NCBI GenBank assembly: GCA_030649055.1
Contig: JAUSGH010000001.1
Coordinates: 10,907 to 74,906, forward strand
Source: a bacterium
GTDB taxonomy: Bacteria; Patescibacteriota; Minisyncoccia; UBA6257; JAUSGH01
DNA: 64,000 nt
Reading direction: 5' to 3'
Positions within the stretch are counted from its first letter, which is position 1. Every line of letters begins with the position of its first letter. The notes under the pieces are model-generated. The model saw only the letters and a list, made by a program, of their open reading frames with translations, was not told where the DNA came from and did no database searches. Below are positions 29,811 through 38,451 of this stretch, piece by piece. Made by a program: the position numbers and the translations under genes.

Positions 29811-30551
29811 GTGGGTCCGCATCGTCGGAGATTGCTTCGTCGCGCGGTGCGGCAGGCAAAGATTATCTCGTTTGATGCCGACGGAACACTGGTGGATTCG
29901 CGCATAACCGCGGTTCCGATCCACGCGGAGCTTGCGTCGAAGTATGGCCTCGCGACACCGGCGCCGTATGACGGGTGCTCCATTCCGGCTTGGCTTACAG
30001 CGCAAGGGCTAACGCCCCGCGCGCGCCGGCAGTACCTCAATGAGTGTCGGAAGATGGAGGAGGAGCGGCGTCCGCGGATATTCCCTGGCGTGAACGAACT
30101 CGTGCGGAAACTTAAGGACGCGGGGAAGTGCGTCGGAGTGATGACAAACCGTCCGGCGGAGGTACGGGGTTTCCGGATGTTCTGGAATTCCGGGCTCGAC
30201 CTGAACCTTTTTGATTTCTTCGCGACCTACGATCCGCATCCGCGGCGCGTTATGTGGATGAAGCGCTTGTGGCTCATGCGGAACATGCCCGATCATCACG
30301 TATCCGCTGCGTTCCCGAAGCCGGATAAGCGGGCATTTGATCCGATTTACCCGTGGATCGCGAAACTTGGTGCGAGTCCGGGTGAAGTCATCCATGTCGG
30401 CGATTCCATTCCGGATATCGTGGCGGCTCGCGAGAACTACTTCATGCCCATCGGCGTCCTCACGGGCGCGGTGCGGCACAAGAGCATCTTCTTTGAGCAC
30501 GGGGCGCAGTTTGTGCTCCCGTGTGTCACTGATGCGTTGAACGATCTCTAA
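29811..30551 (+). CDS. HAD-superfamily hydrolase (cassette)
   Basis: FDADGTLVDS, VMTN, KPD, HVGDS..D motifs; GGAGG SD with GTG start; terminator 30553-30581. Confidence 0.88.
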   Translation: MGPHRRRLLRRAVRQAKIISFDADGTLVDSRITAVPIHAELASKYGLATPAPYDGCSIPAWLTAQGLTPRARRQYLNECRKMEEERRPRIFPGVNELVRKLKDAGKCVGVMTNRPAEVRGFRMFWNSGLDLNLFDFFATYDPHPRRVMWMKRLWLMRNMPDHHVSAAFPKPDKRAFDPIYPWIAKLGASPGEVIHVGDSIPDIVAARENYFMPIGVLTGAVRHKSIFFEHGAQFVLPCVTDALNDL

Positions 30552-30629
30552 TGGACCCGGTTTGCTTAGGCATCCGGGTCCGCTCTATTTGAAAATATGT
30601 CGGCGAAGCAGTATGATATGAATGCAAAT

Positions 30630-30771
30630 GCGCCCGTAGCTCAATGGTTAGAGCACCGAGCTTCCAATCGGCAGCGAGGATGGAGTAAAGTTGTGGCAAT
30701 GCGCCTGTAGCTCAATGGTTAGAGCACCGAGCTTCCAATCGGCAGCGAGGATGGAGTAAAGTTGTGGCGTT
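30630..30771 (+). repeat. Two 71-bp tandem units, each a tRNA 5' half plus spacer
   Basis: GCGCCYGTAGCTCAATGGTTAGAGCACCGAGCTT followed by a near-identical 37-nt tail, at 30630 and 30701. Confidence 0.9.
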
Positions 30772-30844
30772 GGGCGTGTAGCTCAATGGTTAGAGCACCG
30801 AGCTTATACCTCGGTGGTTCCTGGTTCGAGTCCAGGCACGCCCA
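30772..30844 (+). tRNA. tRNA-Ile(TAT)
   Basis: Cloverleaf GGGCGTG/CACGCCC, CCGAG-CT-TAT-AC-CTCGG, GGTTCGAGTCC, A73. Confidence 0.92.
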
Positions 30845-30890
30845 CAAATTTATTACATCCGAGCGAACCGATTGCATGCTAAAGGCATGG

Positions 30891-30927
30891 ACCTCGGTGG
30901 TTCCTGGTTCGAGTCCAGGCAGGCGCA
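30891..30927 (+). repeat. Isolated tRNA 3' half
   Basis: ACCTCGGTGGTTCCTGGTTCGAGTCCAGGCAGGCGCA; acceptor strand complements the 5' half at 30701. Confidence 0.85.
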
Positions 30928-31026
30928 CAAATTTTATAATCAGCTTAATTGTTGATTATAAAATTTTGCGCCCGGACTCGAATGGGAAAGGGGTCGGGAA
31001 AACGGGAGTTTTCCCGTGGAGGAAGT

Positions 31027-31303
31027 GGACCCTATCGCAATTCTTGCTCTCGGCGCGTTGCGCTCCGCGCGCGTGAGCACAAGAAGCGACGACGAGGTTG
31101 TATGCTCTTGCATACGCCGAGGAGGAGCGACGCCGTGATTCGCGCGCGTGGTGCGCAACCCTTCGGGAAGCCGCATCTTGCCGCACATCGCAACGTTGCT
31201 CGTCGATTCATGTATCCCAGGGGATACACTTCACTCCTCGCGCCTTGCGCTGCGCCTAGCAATCTGCGGCTTCGCGCCAGAGATAAGAATTGCGATAGGG
31301 TCC
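31027..31303. mobile_element. 277-bp multi-hairpin palindromic element
   Basis: Terminal IR GGACCCTATCGCAATTCTT / AAGAATTGCGATAGGGTCC; inverted relative of 11063-11338. Confidence 0.75.
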
Positions 31304-31357
31304 GAACCGCTGGGTTTCAAAGCGCAAGCCCCGCAATGCGGGGCTGAGCAGTGAGAT

Positions 31358-31379
31358 GTCCAGGCACGCCCACAAATTT
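31358..31379 (+). repeat. 22-bp duplication of tRNA-Ile 3' end (att-like)
   Basis: GTCCAGGCACGCCCACAAATTT identical to 30830-30851. Confidence 0.85.
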
Positions 31380-31639
31380 TAAAACCAGAAGGAGGCGCGC
31401 TGTGGAAAACCCTCTTGCGCCTATGTGTCGCGATTTGTTATATATAAATGGTATGAAAAATGGTCGGCAACAGTTTACGTATGTCATGATTACGACGTCG
31501 CTTACGCGGAGGTCGCTTTCTCTTCATTCGTAACGCAGCCGATTCATACGAACGAAACAAGAAAGAGGCCTTCGCGAAACCGGAGGCCTTTTTCGTTTCG
31601 GGGCAGATTTTGTGGTTCTTTGACAATTCGGAGGTCGTC

Positions 31640-32068
31640 ATGCGTTTCACCGACGGGGATAAACATGCCGTTGCGGTGCTTCGGCAGTTTGCCCAGGACT
31701 TTTTGGAGCCGGGCGGGCTCCATGGGCCGATCTACTATCTTGGACAAGATACGCGGCTCTATGTGCTTGGCATCGTGAAAGATGCGAGCAGAGCGGGTTA
31801 CCCGGAGCGGCAGGTGCTCATATTGGGGAGCGATCCGTTGCCAAAGGAGAAATTTCCCGACATTCCCCAAGGGTGCGAGTTGCGGCTCTGCACGTTCGCG
31901 GTGTTGAAGCGCCCGCCGACTCCCGAAGAGCGCGAGGCGGACAAGCGGGAAGGGAGTGGGGGCGAGGACGGCTTCACCTACGAGCTCCTGGAGTTCAAGG
32001 GATGGAGCGACCACACGGTGTTCTTCGCCGGAACGACGATTCGTTCCCGATCCGCGGGGTTTCTTTGA
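31640..32068 (+). CDS. Hypothetical protein (ORFan cassette)
   Basis: GGAGG SD before ATG 31640, GTTCTTTGACA upstream, terminator near 32084-32114. Confidence 0.7.
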   Translation: MRFTDGDKHAVAVLRQFAQDFLEPGGLHGPIYYLGQDTRLYVLGIVKDASRAGYPERQVLILGSDPLPKEKFPDIPQGCELRLCTFAVLKRPPTPEEREADKREGSGGEDGFTYELLEFKGWSDHTVFFAGTTIRSRSAGFL

Positions 32069-32207
32069 CACGGTAGTCGCGTGACCCAGCACTCGCCAAA
32101 GGCGAGCGCTGGGTTGCTTTTTTAGAAAAATGTTACGCTATGCAGTTGGCATGAGCTGTATGCGCGGTATAATTAGATATTAGACATTAGGAATTAGGAA
32201 TTGAACC

Positions 32208-33359
32208 ATGTCCCTCATTGAACAAAAAGATACGTTCGGTCCCGAGTTGGTGCTCCGTGTATATGATGCCGCAATCGGCATGGAAGGATTTTTAGTAATT
32301 GATAACACTGCTATCGGTCCCGGAAAGGGAGGCATCCGAATGACGCCGGATGTAACAGTAGAAGAAGTGTTTCGTCTTGCGCGGACAATGACGTGGAAAA
32401 ACGCGCTTGCTGACATTCCGTTCGGCGGCGCGAAGGGCGGGATTGTTTGGCCGGGTGGTTCCGACGAACTCAAAAAACAATTCATTCAAAGTTTTGCGCG
32501 CGCATTAAAGCCCTTTATGCCGAAGCGGTACATTGCGGGGCCGGACGTGAACACCGGCGAGCGCGAAATGCAGTGGTTTGTGGAGGCAACCGGCAACTGG
32601 CGCACGGCAACGGGGAAGCCGGCAAATTATTGTATGACGGTCTTCGGGAAGAAAGGAGAAAAGTGCGGCATTCCGCACGAGTTCGGCAGTACCGGATTCG
32701 GTGTGGTGCACGCGACGCGCGTGGCGGCGGATCTCGCGGGCTTGGATATCAAAAAAGCGAGCGTTGCGATTGAAGGATTCGGCAACGTGGGGAGTTTTGC
32801 GTTTCAGTACTTGAAAGAACTCGGCGCGAACGTGGTCGCGGTTTCCGATAAGGACGGCGCAATCTATAACCCAAAGGGCTTGGACGGCGCGAAACTCATG
32901 GCGCTCAAAAACGCGGGGAAGTCCGTCGCCGCCTACGGCAACGGCGAAAAAATTTCGCATGACGAAATCTTCGGATTGCCGGTGGATATTTTGATTCCCG
33001 CGGCGGTAACCGATGTCATCAACGACAAAAATAAAAACTCCGTCAAAGCGAAAATCATCGTGGAAGGCGCGAATATTCCAATGCAGGAACGCATTGAAGA
33101 AGAATTATTTAACAAAGGCGTCATGATTGTTCCGGATTTTGTGGCAAATGCGGGCGGGGTTATTTCTTCATACGCCGAGTACCGCGGCTATAACCCGAAG
33201 CGTATGTTTGAGTTGGTGGAACGAAAAATTGTGAAGTCCGCAAAAGTAGTACTTGGCAAGAGCTTGAAAGAGCACCGTCCGGCGCGTGCCATCGGCGTGG
33301 AGCTCGCAATGGCGAAAGTGGAGGCGGCGGGAAAGAAACGTAAAATGACGTTCCGGTAA
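32208..33359 (+). CDS. gdhA: Glu/Leu/Phe/Val dehydrogenase
   Basis: GPGKGGIR, MTWK, GGAKGG, GPD, GFGNVG, EGAN, PDFVANAGGV. Confidence 0.93.
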   Translation: MSLIEQKDTFGPELVLRVYDAAIGMEGFLVIDNTAIGPGKGGIRMTPDVTVEEVFRLARTMTWKNALADIPFGGAKGGIVWPGGSDELKKQFIQSFARALKPFMPKRYIAGPDVNTGEREMQWFVEATGNWRTATGKPANYCMTVFGKKGEKCGIPHEFGSTGFGVVHATRVAADLAGLDIKKASVAIEGFGNVGSFAFQYLKELGANVVAVSDKDGAIYNPKGLDGAKLMALKNAGKSVAAYGNGEKISHDEIFGLPVDILIPAAVTDVINDKNKNSVKAKIIVEGANIPMQERIEEELFNKGVMIVPDFVANAGGVISSYAEYRGYNPKRMFELVERKIVKSAKVVLGKSLKEHRPARAIGVELAMAKVEAAGKKRKMTFR

Positions 33360-33370
33360 TATTGGTCATC

Positions 33371-33436
33371 TGTCATTCCCGCGGAAGCGGGAATCTAGAA
33401 TTTGTGGACTAGATTCCGGATCGAGTCCGGAATGAC
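33371..33436. repeat. REP-like palindrome TGTCATTCC...GGAATGACA (short copy)
   Basis: Same termini and GCGGGAATC / GATTCCGGATC core as 29636 and 37481. Confidence 0.8.
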
Positions 33437-33485
33437 AAGTCATCCGAGGATGACAAGCAGGGAGTGGTGCTATAATGAAAATACA

Positions 33486-36400
33486 ATGACGCTATATTTT
33501 GGTCCGTCAAAATTCTTGCTTCTTTGCTTTCTTGCTTCTTTGCTTTTATTTTCCTCTGCGCACGCCCAGACCGCCGGCACGTGGGACTCGCGCGCGGCGG
33601 TTTCGGCAAGCGTGAGTCAATCCGCGAGCCTTCTCGCATACCCGGGTAGCGGCAATCTTATCTATCAGCGCCGTGGCGACGATAATACGTTCAATAGTTA
33701 CAGCATCTCCGGAGATTCGTGGTCGGCGCTTACCTCCGACAACTGCGGCGCAGGCATCGGCAACGGCTCATTTTTAGTGCGCGGCGATAGCGGATTTTTG
33801 TACGCCGCGTGTCCCGGCGGGAACGACACAACGGACTTCGTGCGCTATGATATCTCTGGCGCCGATTGGGAGGAGCGCGCAACCTCGCCTTCTGGTTTTG
33901 GAAACGGTGCTGCGGCGGTATGGGACGGCAGCGACTATATATACGCGCTTCCTGGCGATGCAATGGCTGCTTTTTATCGCTACACCATTTCTACTAATGT
34001 GTGGGACTCCATGACTGCCTCGCCGACGGGTGTTACCGGTGGCGGCTCACTTGCATATCCCGGGAGCGGCAACTTTATTTACGCTTTCCGTGGTAGTGAC
34101 CTCACAACATTCTACCGCTACCACATCACCGAAAACGACTGGTCACCCATAACCGCCGCGCCAGATACCGTTGGTGGCGGCGGCTCGCTTGTTGCTATCG
34201 ACACGTCAACAATCTACGCCTTGCGCGGTGAAGGGGGCGGTACGCCACGAACGGATTTCTGGAGCTACGGCATCTCCGGCGACAGCTGGACGGTGCTCAC
34301 CGTCGCCCCAGCGGCTGTCGGCGCAGGTGGATCTCTTGCCTATGTGTCCAATTCATCGGGAACATTTCTCTATCAGCTCCGCGGTAATGCGACTACGGAT
34401 TTCAATCGGTATACCATTTCCGTCGTAGCGGCGAGTACCGGCAGTTCGGCCGGCAGCTTCCTTCTTGCCGCTCGGCAAGACGGGGGACTTTCGCTTGCTC
34501 GCGCAACGCCACCCGCCTCGCCGACAAATGTCGTGGTGACGCCATTGCCGTGCAACGGCACCTGCGGCGCGACAATCGCGCTTTCATACGCCGCGCTTTC
34601 CGTGCATCGTGGGCGCCCGATGACGTTCGCGTTTATCGATGAATCCGGGAAAACATTGGGAAGCATCTACGAGCCGTACGCGAACGGAAAGTCATACACT
34701 ATGGAGCTCAAAAATCTTCCGCAAAACAGCCCATTAAACGGACGGCTTTGCGCGCAGTTCAGTCCTGGTGAGGGTTGCGCGAATGTCCAAAGCTGGACGC
34801 TCTGGTCGCTTGACGCCGCAAAAGTGAAATTAAGCGCCGCGCCTGAGGGTGACCGGTATCGTGTGCGCGTGGCAGTCCCTCCGTTTATGAATGAGGGGGT
34901 GGATGCGAGCGGCGTGCGTGTTGCGATAGAGGAGAACGGCGCGGTAAAACCCATGAGCATGAAAAACGGCCGCGTGCCGGCCGCGACGCTTGCGCAAGTC
35001 GTTACAACAATCGGTACGCACGAGACAATAACGCAGGTTGCGCCGTTCATAAACACCGCGATTACCCCCCCAGCGCCTTCCGGTGGACTTTCCGTGCCCC
35101 GTACTACGCTTGATGTTATTTCTATACTTCCCGTCATACAGGCGGCGCCGAAAACAGGGAGTGGCGGAATCTCCGTGCCGTCAAAAGCAGCTCCGTCGCC
35201 GGTGCCGGTGAAGGAGAGTTTGCCCGGAACATTACTCCAAAGATCCGGCGAGTGGGCAACCATGCTTGCGCCTGGCGAATATCGCATGGTCTTGACTCCC
35301 ATAAACGGCAAAGGCGTGCTCGGTGTTCCGCTTACACTGCCGCTGTCACTCAAACCCTTTGGCGAAGCGATGACACTTACGGCCGGCATGGAGGCGGAGG
35401 ATGGCACGCTCCGGACAATAATCGATGCGACCTCGAATCGTCTTGGGAATACCGGCATAGACATCATTGCGGAGCGTAAAGGAAGCGCCTTCGCGTTTCG
35501 CTCGACGGAGAAATCCGTTGAGGTACGCGTGTCACTTGTCGCGGCGCTCGCGAAAGCTGAAGAACATTTTGATTTTGTTTTTGCGTGCGCGCCCGGGGGA
35601 GGTAACTGCGCGGTAAAAAGCGTTGCCGCGCAAAAAGGGAATATTATCAACCGAGCGGCCATTGCGAAAAACAGCAACGGATTTGTGACGGTGAAAACGG
35701 AAGATGCGATTGCGACGGTGCGCGTAACCGAAGGGATAACGCAGATAAGCATTTCCGCGACCGGGGAGTTGAAGCGGCTGAGGAGCGAAGAATACGTCGC
35801 GTTAAACGCGCTTCGCGGCGGCACCGCGACATTTTCCGTTTCAGCGGCCGATGTACTTGGAAATACCGCGGCGATCCGCGACGTGCCGGTGAACATTCCG
35901 GGGAGCGAGGCGGCGATTGCCGCGTTTACCGTTACGTCCGCGGGCGATGAGGGTGACGTGGAAGCGCGTGGAGTTATTGATTATTCGAATTTCACCGCGC
36001 GCGGATTGCTACTTAATCTTTCGTTCGCCGAGGAAGGATTGAGCGTCGAGGGTACAGTGGCAAGTATTCCGCAGTTGGTGCAGTTGCTCGTCGCGCGCGA
36101 TGACGGGACGGGCGTACAATTCGCGCTTTCGTGCGAAGCCTCGCCACAGGCGGGCGAAGCCTCGCCGCAGGTAGGCGAAAAAACTTGCGGTATTGTCGCG
36201 ATCGCGGCGCCTCAAGGAACGCCGCTTGAAGTAGTGCCTGAAGAAAATCCGGACGGCACAATGCGCGCGGAGGCGGGCGGCATCACGCTGACGTATGATA
36301 CGCAAAACGCATTGCCGATGCTTGTCGGGGCGGATGCGGCGGGATTTTCCAATATTGAAATCCGCGCGCGCTACCCGTCATTCGGTCTCGGTAATTTCAC

Positions 36401-36689
36401 GGGAGTTATGATCGCGAATGAAGCGCGCGCCAGCGCGGCATTTTTTGGAGTCGGAAAATATTTAAATCTTTTTCCGGAGGTGATTGAAAAGGTTATTTTG
36501 GACCTTGCTCCGCTTATCATTAACTACATCGCGCCGCAAAACGCCGCTCCGATTATAGAAAGTGTAGAGGGATCGCGCATGGTGTCCCAGTCGCGTCCGG
36601 TACAGATTTTGCGGCAAGCATCCGAGGTTGGCGCGCCGGTGAGTCCGTTGCTCAACGCCATCCGTAATCTTTTCGGCGGCGAGCAGTAG
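33486..36689 (+). CDS. Large secreted protein with Kelch-like beta-propeller N-terminus
   Basis: Signal peptide (AHA), about 6 repeats GGSL...IYAxRG...FYRY.I....W; start at MTLYF. Confidence 0.85.
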   Translation: MTLYFGPSKFLLLCFLASLLLFSSAHAQTAGTWDSRAAVSASVSQSASLLAYPGSGNLIYQRRGDDNTFNSYSISGDSWSALTSDNCGAGIGNGSFLVRGDSGFLYAACPGGNDTTDFVRYDISGADWEERATSPSGFGNGAAAVWDGSDYIYALPGDAMAAFYRYTISTNVWDSMTASPTGVTGGGSLAYPGSGNFIYAFRGSDLTTFYRYHITENDWSPITAAPDTVGGGGSLVAIDTSTIYALRGEGGGTPRTDFWSYGISGDSWTVLTVAPAAVGAGGSLAYVSNSSGTFLYQLRGNATTDFNRYTISVVAASTGSSAGSFLLAARQDGGLSLARATPPASPTNVVVTPLPCNGTCGATIALSYAALSVHRGRPMTFAFIDESGKTLGSIYEPYANGKSYTMELKNLPQNSPLNGRLCAQFSPGEGCANVQSWTLWSLDAAKVKLSAAPEGDRYRVRVAVPPFMNEGVDASGVRVAIEENGAVKPMSMKNGRVPAATLAQVVTTIGTHETITQVAPFINTAITPPAPSGGLSVPRTTLDVISILPVIQAAPKTGSGGISVPSKAAPSPVPVKESLPGTLLQRSGEWATMLAPGEYRMVLTPINGKGVLGVPLTLPLSLKPFGEAMTLTAGMEAEDGTLRTIIDATSNRLGNTGIDIIAERKGSAFAFRSTEKSVEVRVSLVAALAKAEEHFDFVFACAPGGGNCAVKSVAAQKGNIINRAAIAKNSNGFVTVKTEDAIATVRVTEGITQISISATGELKRLRSEEYVALNALRGGTATFSVSAADVLGNTAAIRDVPVNIPGSEAAIAAFTVTSAGDEGDVEARGVIDYSNFTARGLLLNLSFAEEGLSVEGTVASIPQLVQLLVARDDGTGVQFALSCEASPQAGEASPQVGEKTCGIVAIAAPQGTPLEVVPEENPDGTMRAEAGGITLTYDTQNALPMLVGADAAGFSNIEIRARYPSFGLGNFTGVMIANEARASAAFFGVGKYLNLFPEVIEKVILDLAPLIINYIAPQNAAPIIESVEGSRMVSQSRPVQILRQASEVGAPVSPLLNAIRNLFGGEQ

Positions 36690-36745
36690 CGATAGCGGCG
36701 AAAGGTCAGCTTGTATTCTGATGCGAAATAGATATTATAGAGGCT

Positions 36746-37471
36746 ATGAAACGCCATCGTTTTTTTATTGATCCGCGCGCCATTCAAGGACGCTTTGCGT
36801 ATATTGAGGACGCAAGTGTTTGCGGGCAGATAAGCAAAGTATTGCGGCTCCGCGCGGGGGATGAAGTGATCCTGCTCGACGGGCTTGGTTTTGAATACGC
36901 CGCGCGCCTCGTTGAGGTGAACGCGCGGAAAGCGCAGGCAGAAATTTTGCATCGGCAGATGAATAAAAATGAAGCGGAGCTCAAAATTACTTTATATCAG
37001 GCGTTGGTCAAGAAGGATAAATTTGAATGGGTGCTCCAAAAATGCACCGAAGTCGGTGTTACGCATTTTGTGGCCGTGCAAGCCGCGCGCAGTGAAAAAA
37101 CGGGCTTGAACGAGGAGCGCGCGAAAAAAGTGCTGAAAGAAGCCGCGGAACAGTCCGAGCGCGCGATCATCCCAGAACTTTCGGAAATAAAAACATTTGA
37201 GAGCGCGCTGCGCAAAGCTGTAACGCCGGATACGCCGACGATGATTCTTGACGCAAGCGGTGAATCGATCGTAAGCTCAAAAATGGCGCGCACGCGGTAC
37301 ACGCTGAACGTTTTTGTCGGCCCCGAAGGGGGATGGGATGAGGCAGAGCTTGAGGCGGTTCGAGGACTGATGCGCGAGGGGTATCCGTTGGAAATTGTGA
37401 ATCTTGGTCCACGCGTGCTTCGCGCGGAAACCGCGGGACTTGTGGCGGCGGGGATAGTGCTCAACCGATAA
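36746..37471 (+). CDS. rsmE: 16S rRNA m3U1498 methyltransferase
   Basis: KVLRL, QKCTEVGV, EAAEQSER, VGPEGG, LGPRVLRAETA. Confidence 0.96.
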   Translation: MKRHRFFIDPRAIQGRFAYIEDASVCGQISKVLRLRAGDEVILLDGLGFEYAARLVEVNARKAQAEILHRQMNKNEAELKITLYQALVKKDKFEWVLQKCTEVGVTHFVAVQAARSEKTGLNEERAKKVLKEAAEQSERAIIPELSEIKTFESALRKAVTPDTPTMILDASGESIVSSKMARTRYTLNVFVGPEGGWDEAELEAVRGLMREGYPLEIVNLGPRVLRAETAGLVAAGIVLNR

Positions 37472-37480
37472 AACGTTAAG

Positions 37481-37566
37481 TGTCATTCCCGCCCGCCGAA
37501 GGCGGATAAACTCCAGCGGGAATCCAGAGTTGGCGTGCTGGATTCCGGATCAAGTCCGGAATGACA
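37481..37566. repeat. REP-like palindrome TGTCATTCC...GGAATGACA
   Basis: Reverse complement of 29636-29722. Confidence 0.85.
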
Positions 37567-37576
37567 GATTAATCTC

Positions 37577-37606
37577 TTGACGTCCACGAAGCACCAGTGC
37601 TATATT
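37577..37606 (+). promoter_or_regulatory. sigma70-like promoter for the tRNA-like array
   Basis: TTGACG...TGcTATATT. Confidence 0.65.
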
Positions 37607-37676
37607 CGTACCTAGTATAAAGCATATAGGGGATGGTGGTGCAATTCCATCCGGATCCATGACCGTCCTACTTGGA

Positions 37677-37748
37677 GCGCATATGGTGCAACGGTAGCAT
37701 CTCCCTTCCTGACGGGGAGAGATGGAGGTTCGAATCCTCCTATGCGTT
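37677..37748 (+). tRNA. Atypical tRNA-like RNA (Gly-type acceptor stem, CTG at the anticodon position, C33)
   Basis: GCGCATA/TATGCGT, GTGC/GCAT D-stem, TCCCT-TCCTGAC-GGGGA, GGAGG-TTCGAAT-CCTCC. Confidence 0.65.
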
Positions 37749-37755
37749 TTCTGCC

Positions 37756-37866
37756 GCGGGCGTAGTTCAATTGGTAGAACCTGAGCGTCTTCCTTCTTCG
37801 TTTGTAGCTAAGACCTGGAGAAGGTAATGATACCCAGATATGTCGGTTCAAGACCGACCGCCCGCT
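37756..37866 (+). tRNA. tRNA-Gly-like RNA with about 40-nt insertion in the anticodon arm
   Basis: GCGGGCG/CGCCCGC+T, GTTC/GAAC D-stem, GTCGG-TTCAAGA-CCGAC T-arm, extended anticodon stem. Confidence 0.6.
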
Positions 37867-37935
37867 TTCCGCGATATCGCCCGGGACCTCACGGTTTCCG
37901 GGCGATGATCTTTTTGGTAACAAGCAAGGAGGCGA

Positions 37936-38445
37936 ATGATGTTCTGCCCTCGTTGTGGACACCGGATGGAAAGCCGCGAAAGGGTGTTTCTGGGTGGCGT
38001 CGTATTCTCCGAGTTCGGCTGTGTGCGATGCAACCGGGCATTCCTCACGAACACGCCACGCGTAAAGACGATGGATGATCGGTTCAAGCTCGGCGAGTCC
38101 ATGTGTACGTGGAAGGAAACGCTGAAGAGCCCGGTGATGCCATTGGGAGAGGCGAAGCGTCGCAGGGATGTGTGGACGGGCAAACGGATGCGTCGGCGTT
38201 GTGTGCCGCGCTTTTGCCCGAAGTGCGGCGCGCTGCTCGAGATGCTGCGCGAGTGCTACGAGCGTGGTCGTCCGCGCGCGGTCTACGGATGTCCGAGTCG
38301 CCGGAGTTGCGGCATGATCTACGTCCAGCCAGCCAAGTACTTCATGGAGCTCTCCGAAGTGGGCCGTGACTGGACGGAGTACAAGCGGTGGTGTATCCGG
38401 AAGAACCGGCAATTGTGCCGGGAAAAGGCGTCGAGACGGATCTAG
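37936..38445 (+). CDS. Double zinc-ribbon hypothetical protein (cassette)
   Basis: CPRC/CVRC and CPKC/CPSRRSC pairs; AAGGAGG SD. Confidence 0.78.
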   Translation: MMFCPRCGHRMESRERVFLGGVVFSEFGCVRCNRAFLTNTPRVKTMDDRFKLGESMCTWKETLKSPVMPLGEAKRRRDVWTGKRMRRRCVPRFCPKCGALLEMLRECYERGRPRAVYGCPSRRSCGMIYVQPAKYFMELSEVGRDWTEYKRWCIRKNRQLCREKASRRI

Positions 38446-38451
38446 TGCGAG

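Noticed and set aside
30762-31354. ORFs across the tRNA-Ile and palindrome region
   Set aside because: Overlapping frames in GC-rich structured repeats with no protein-like features
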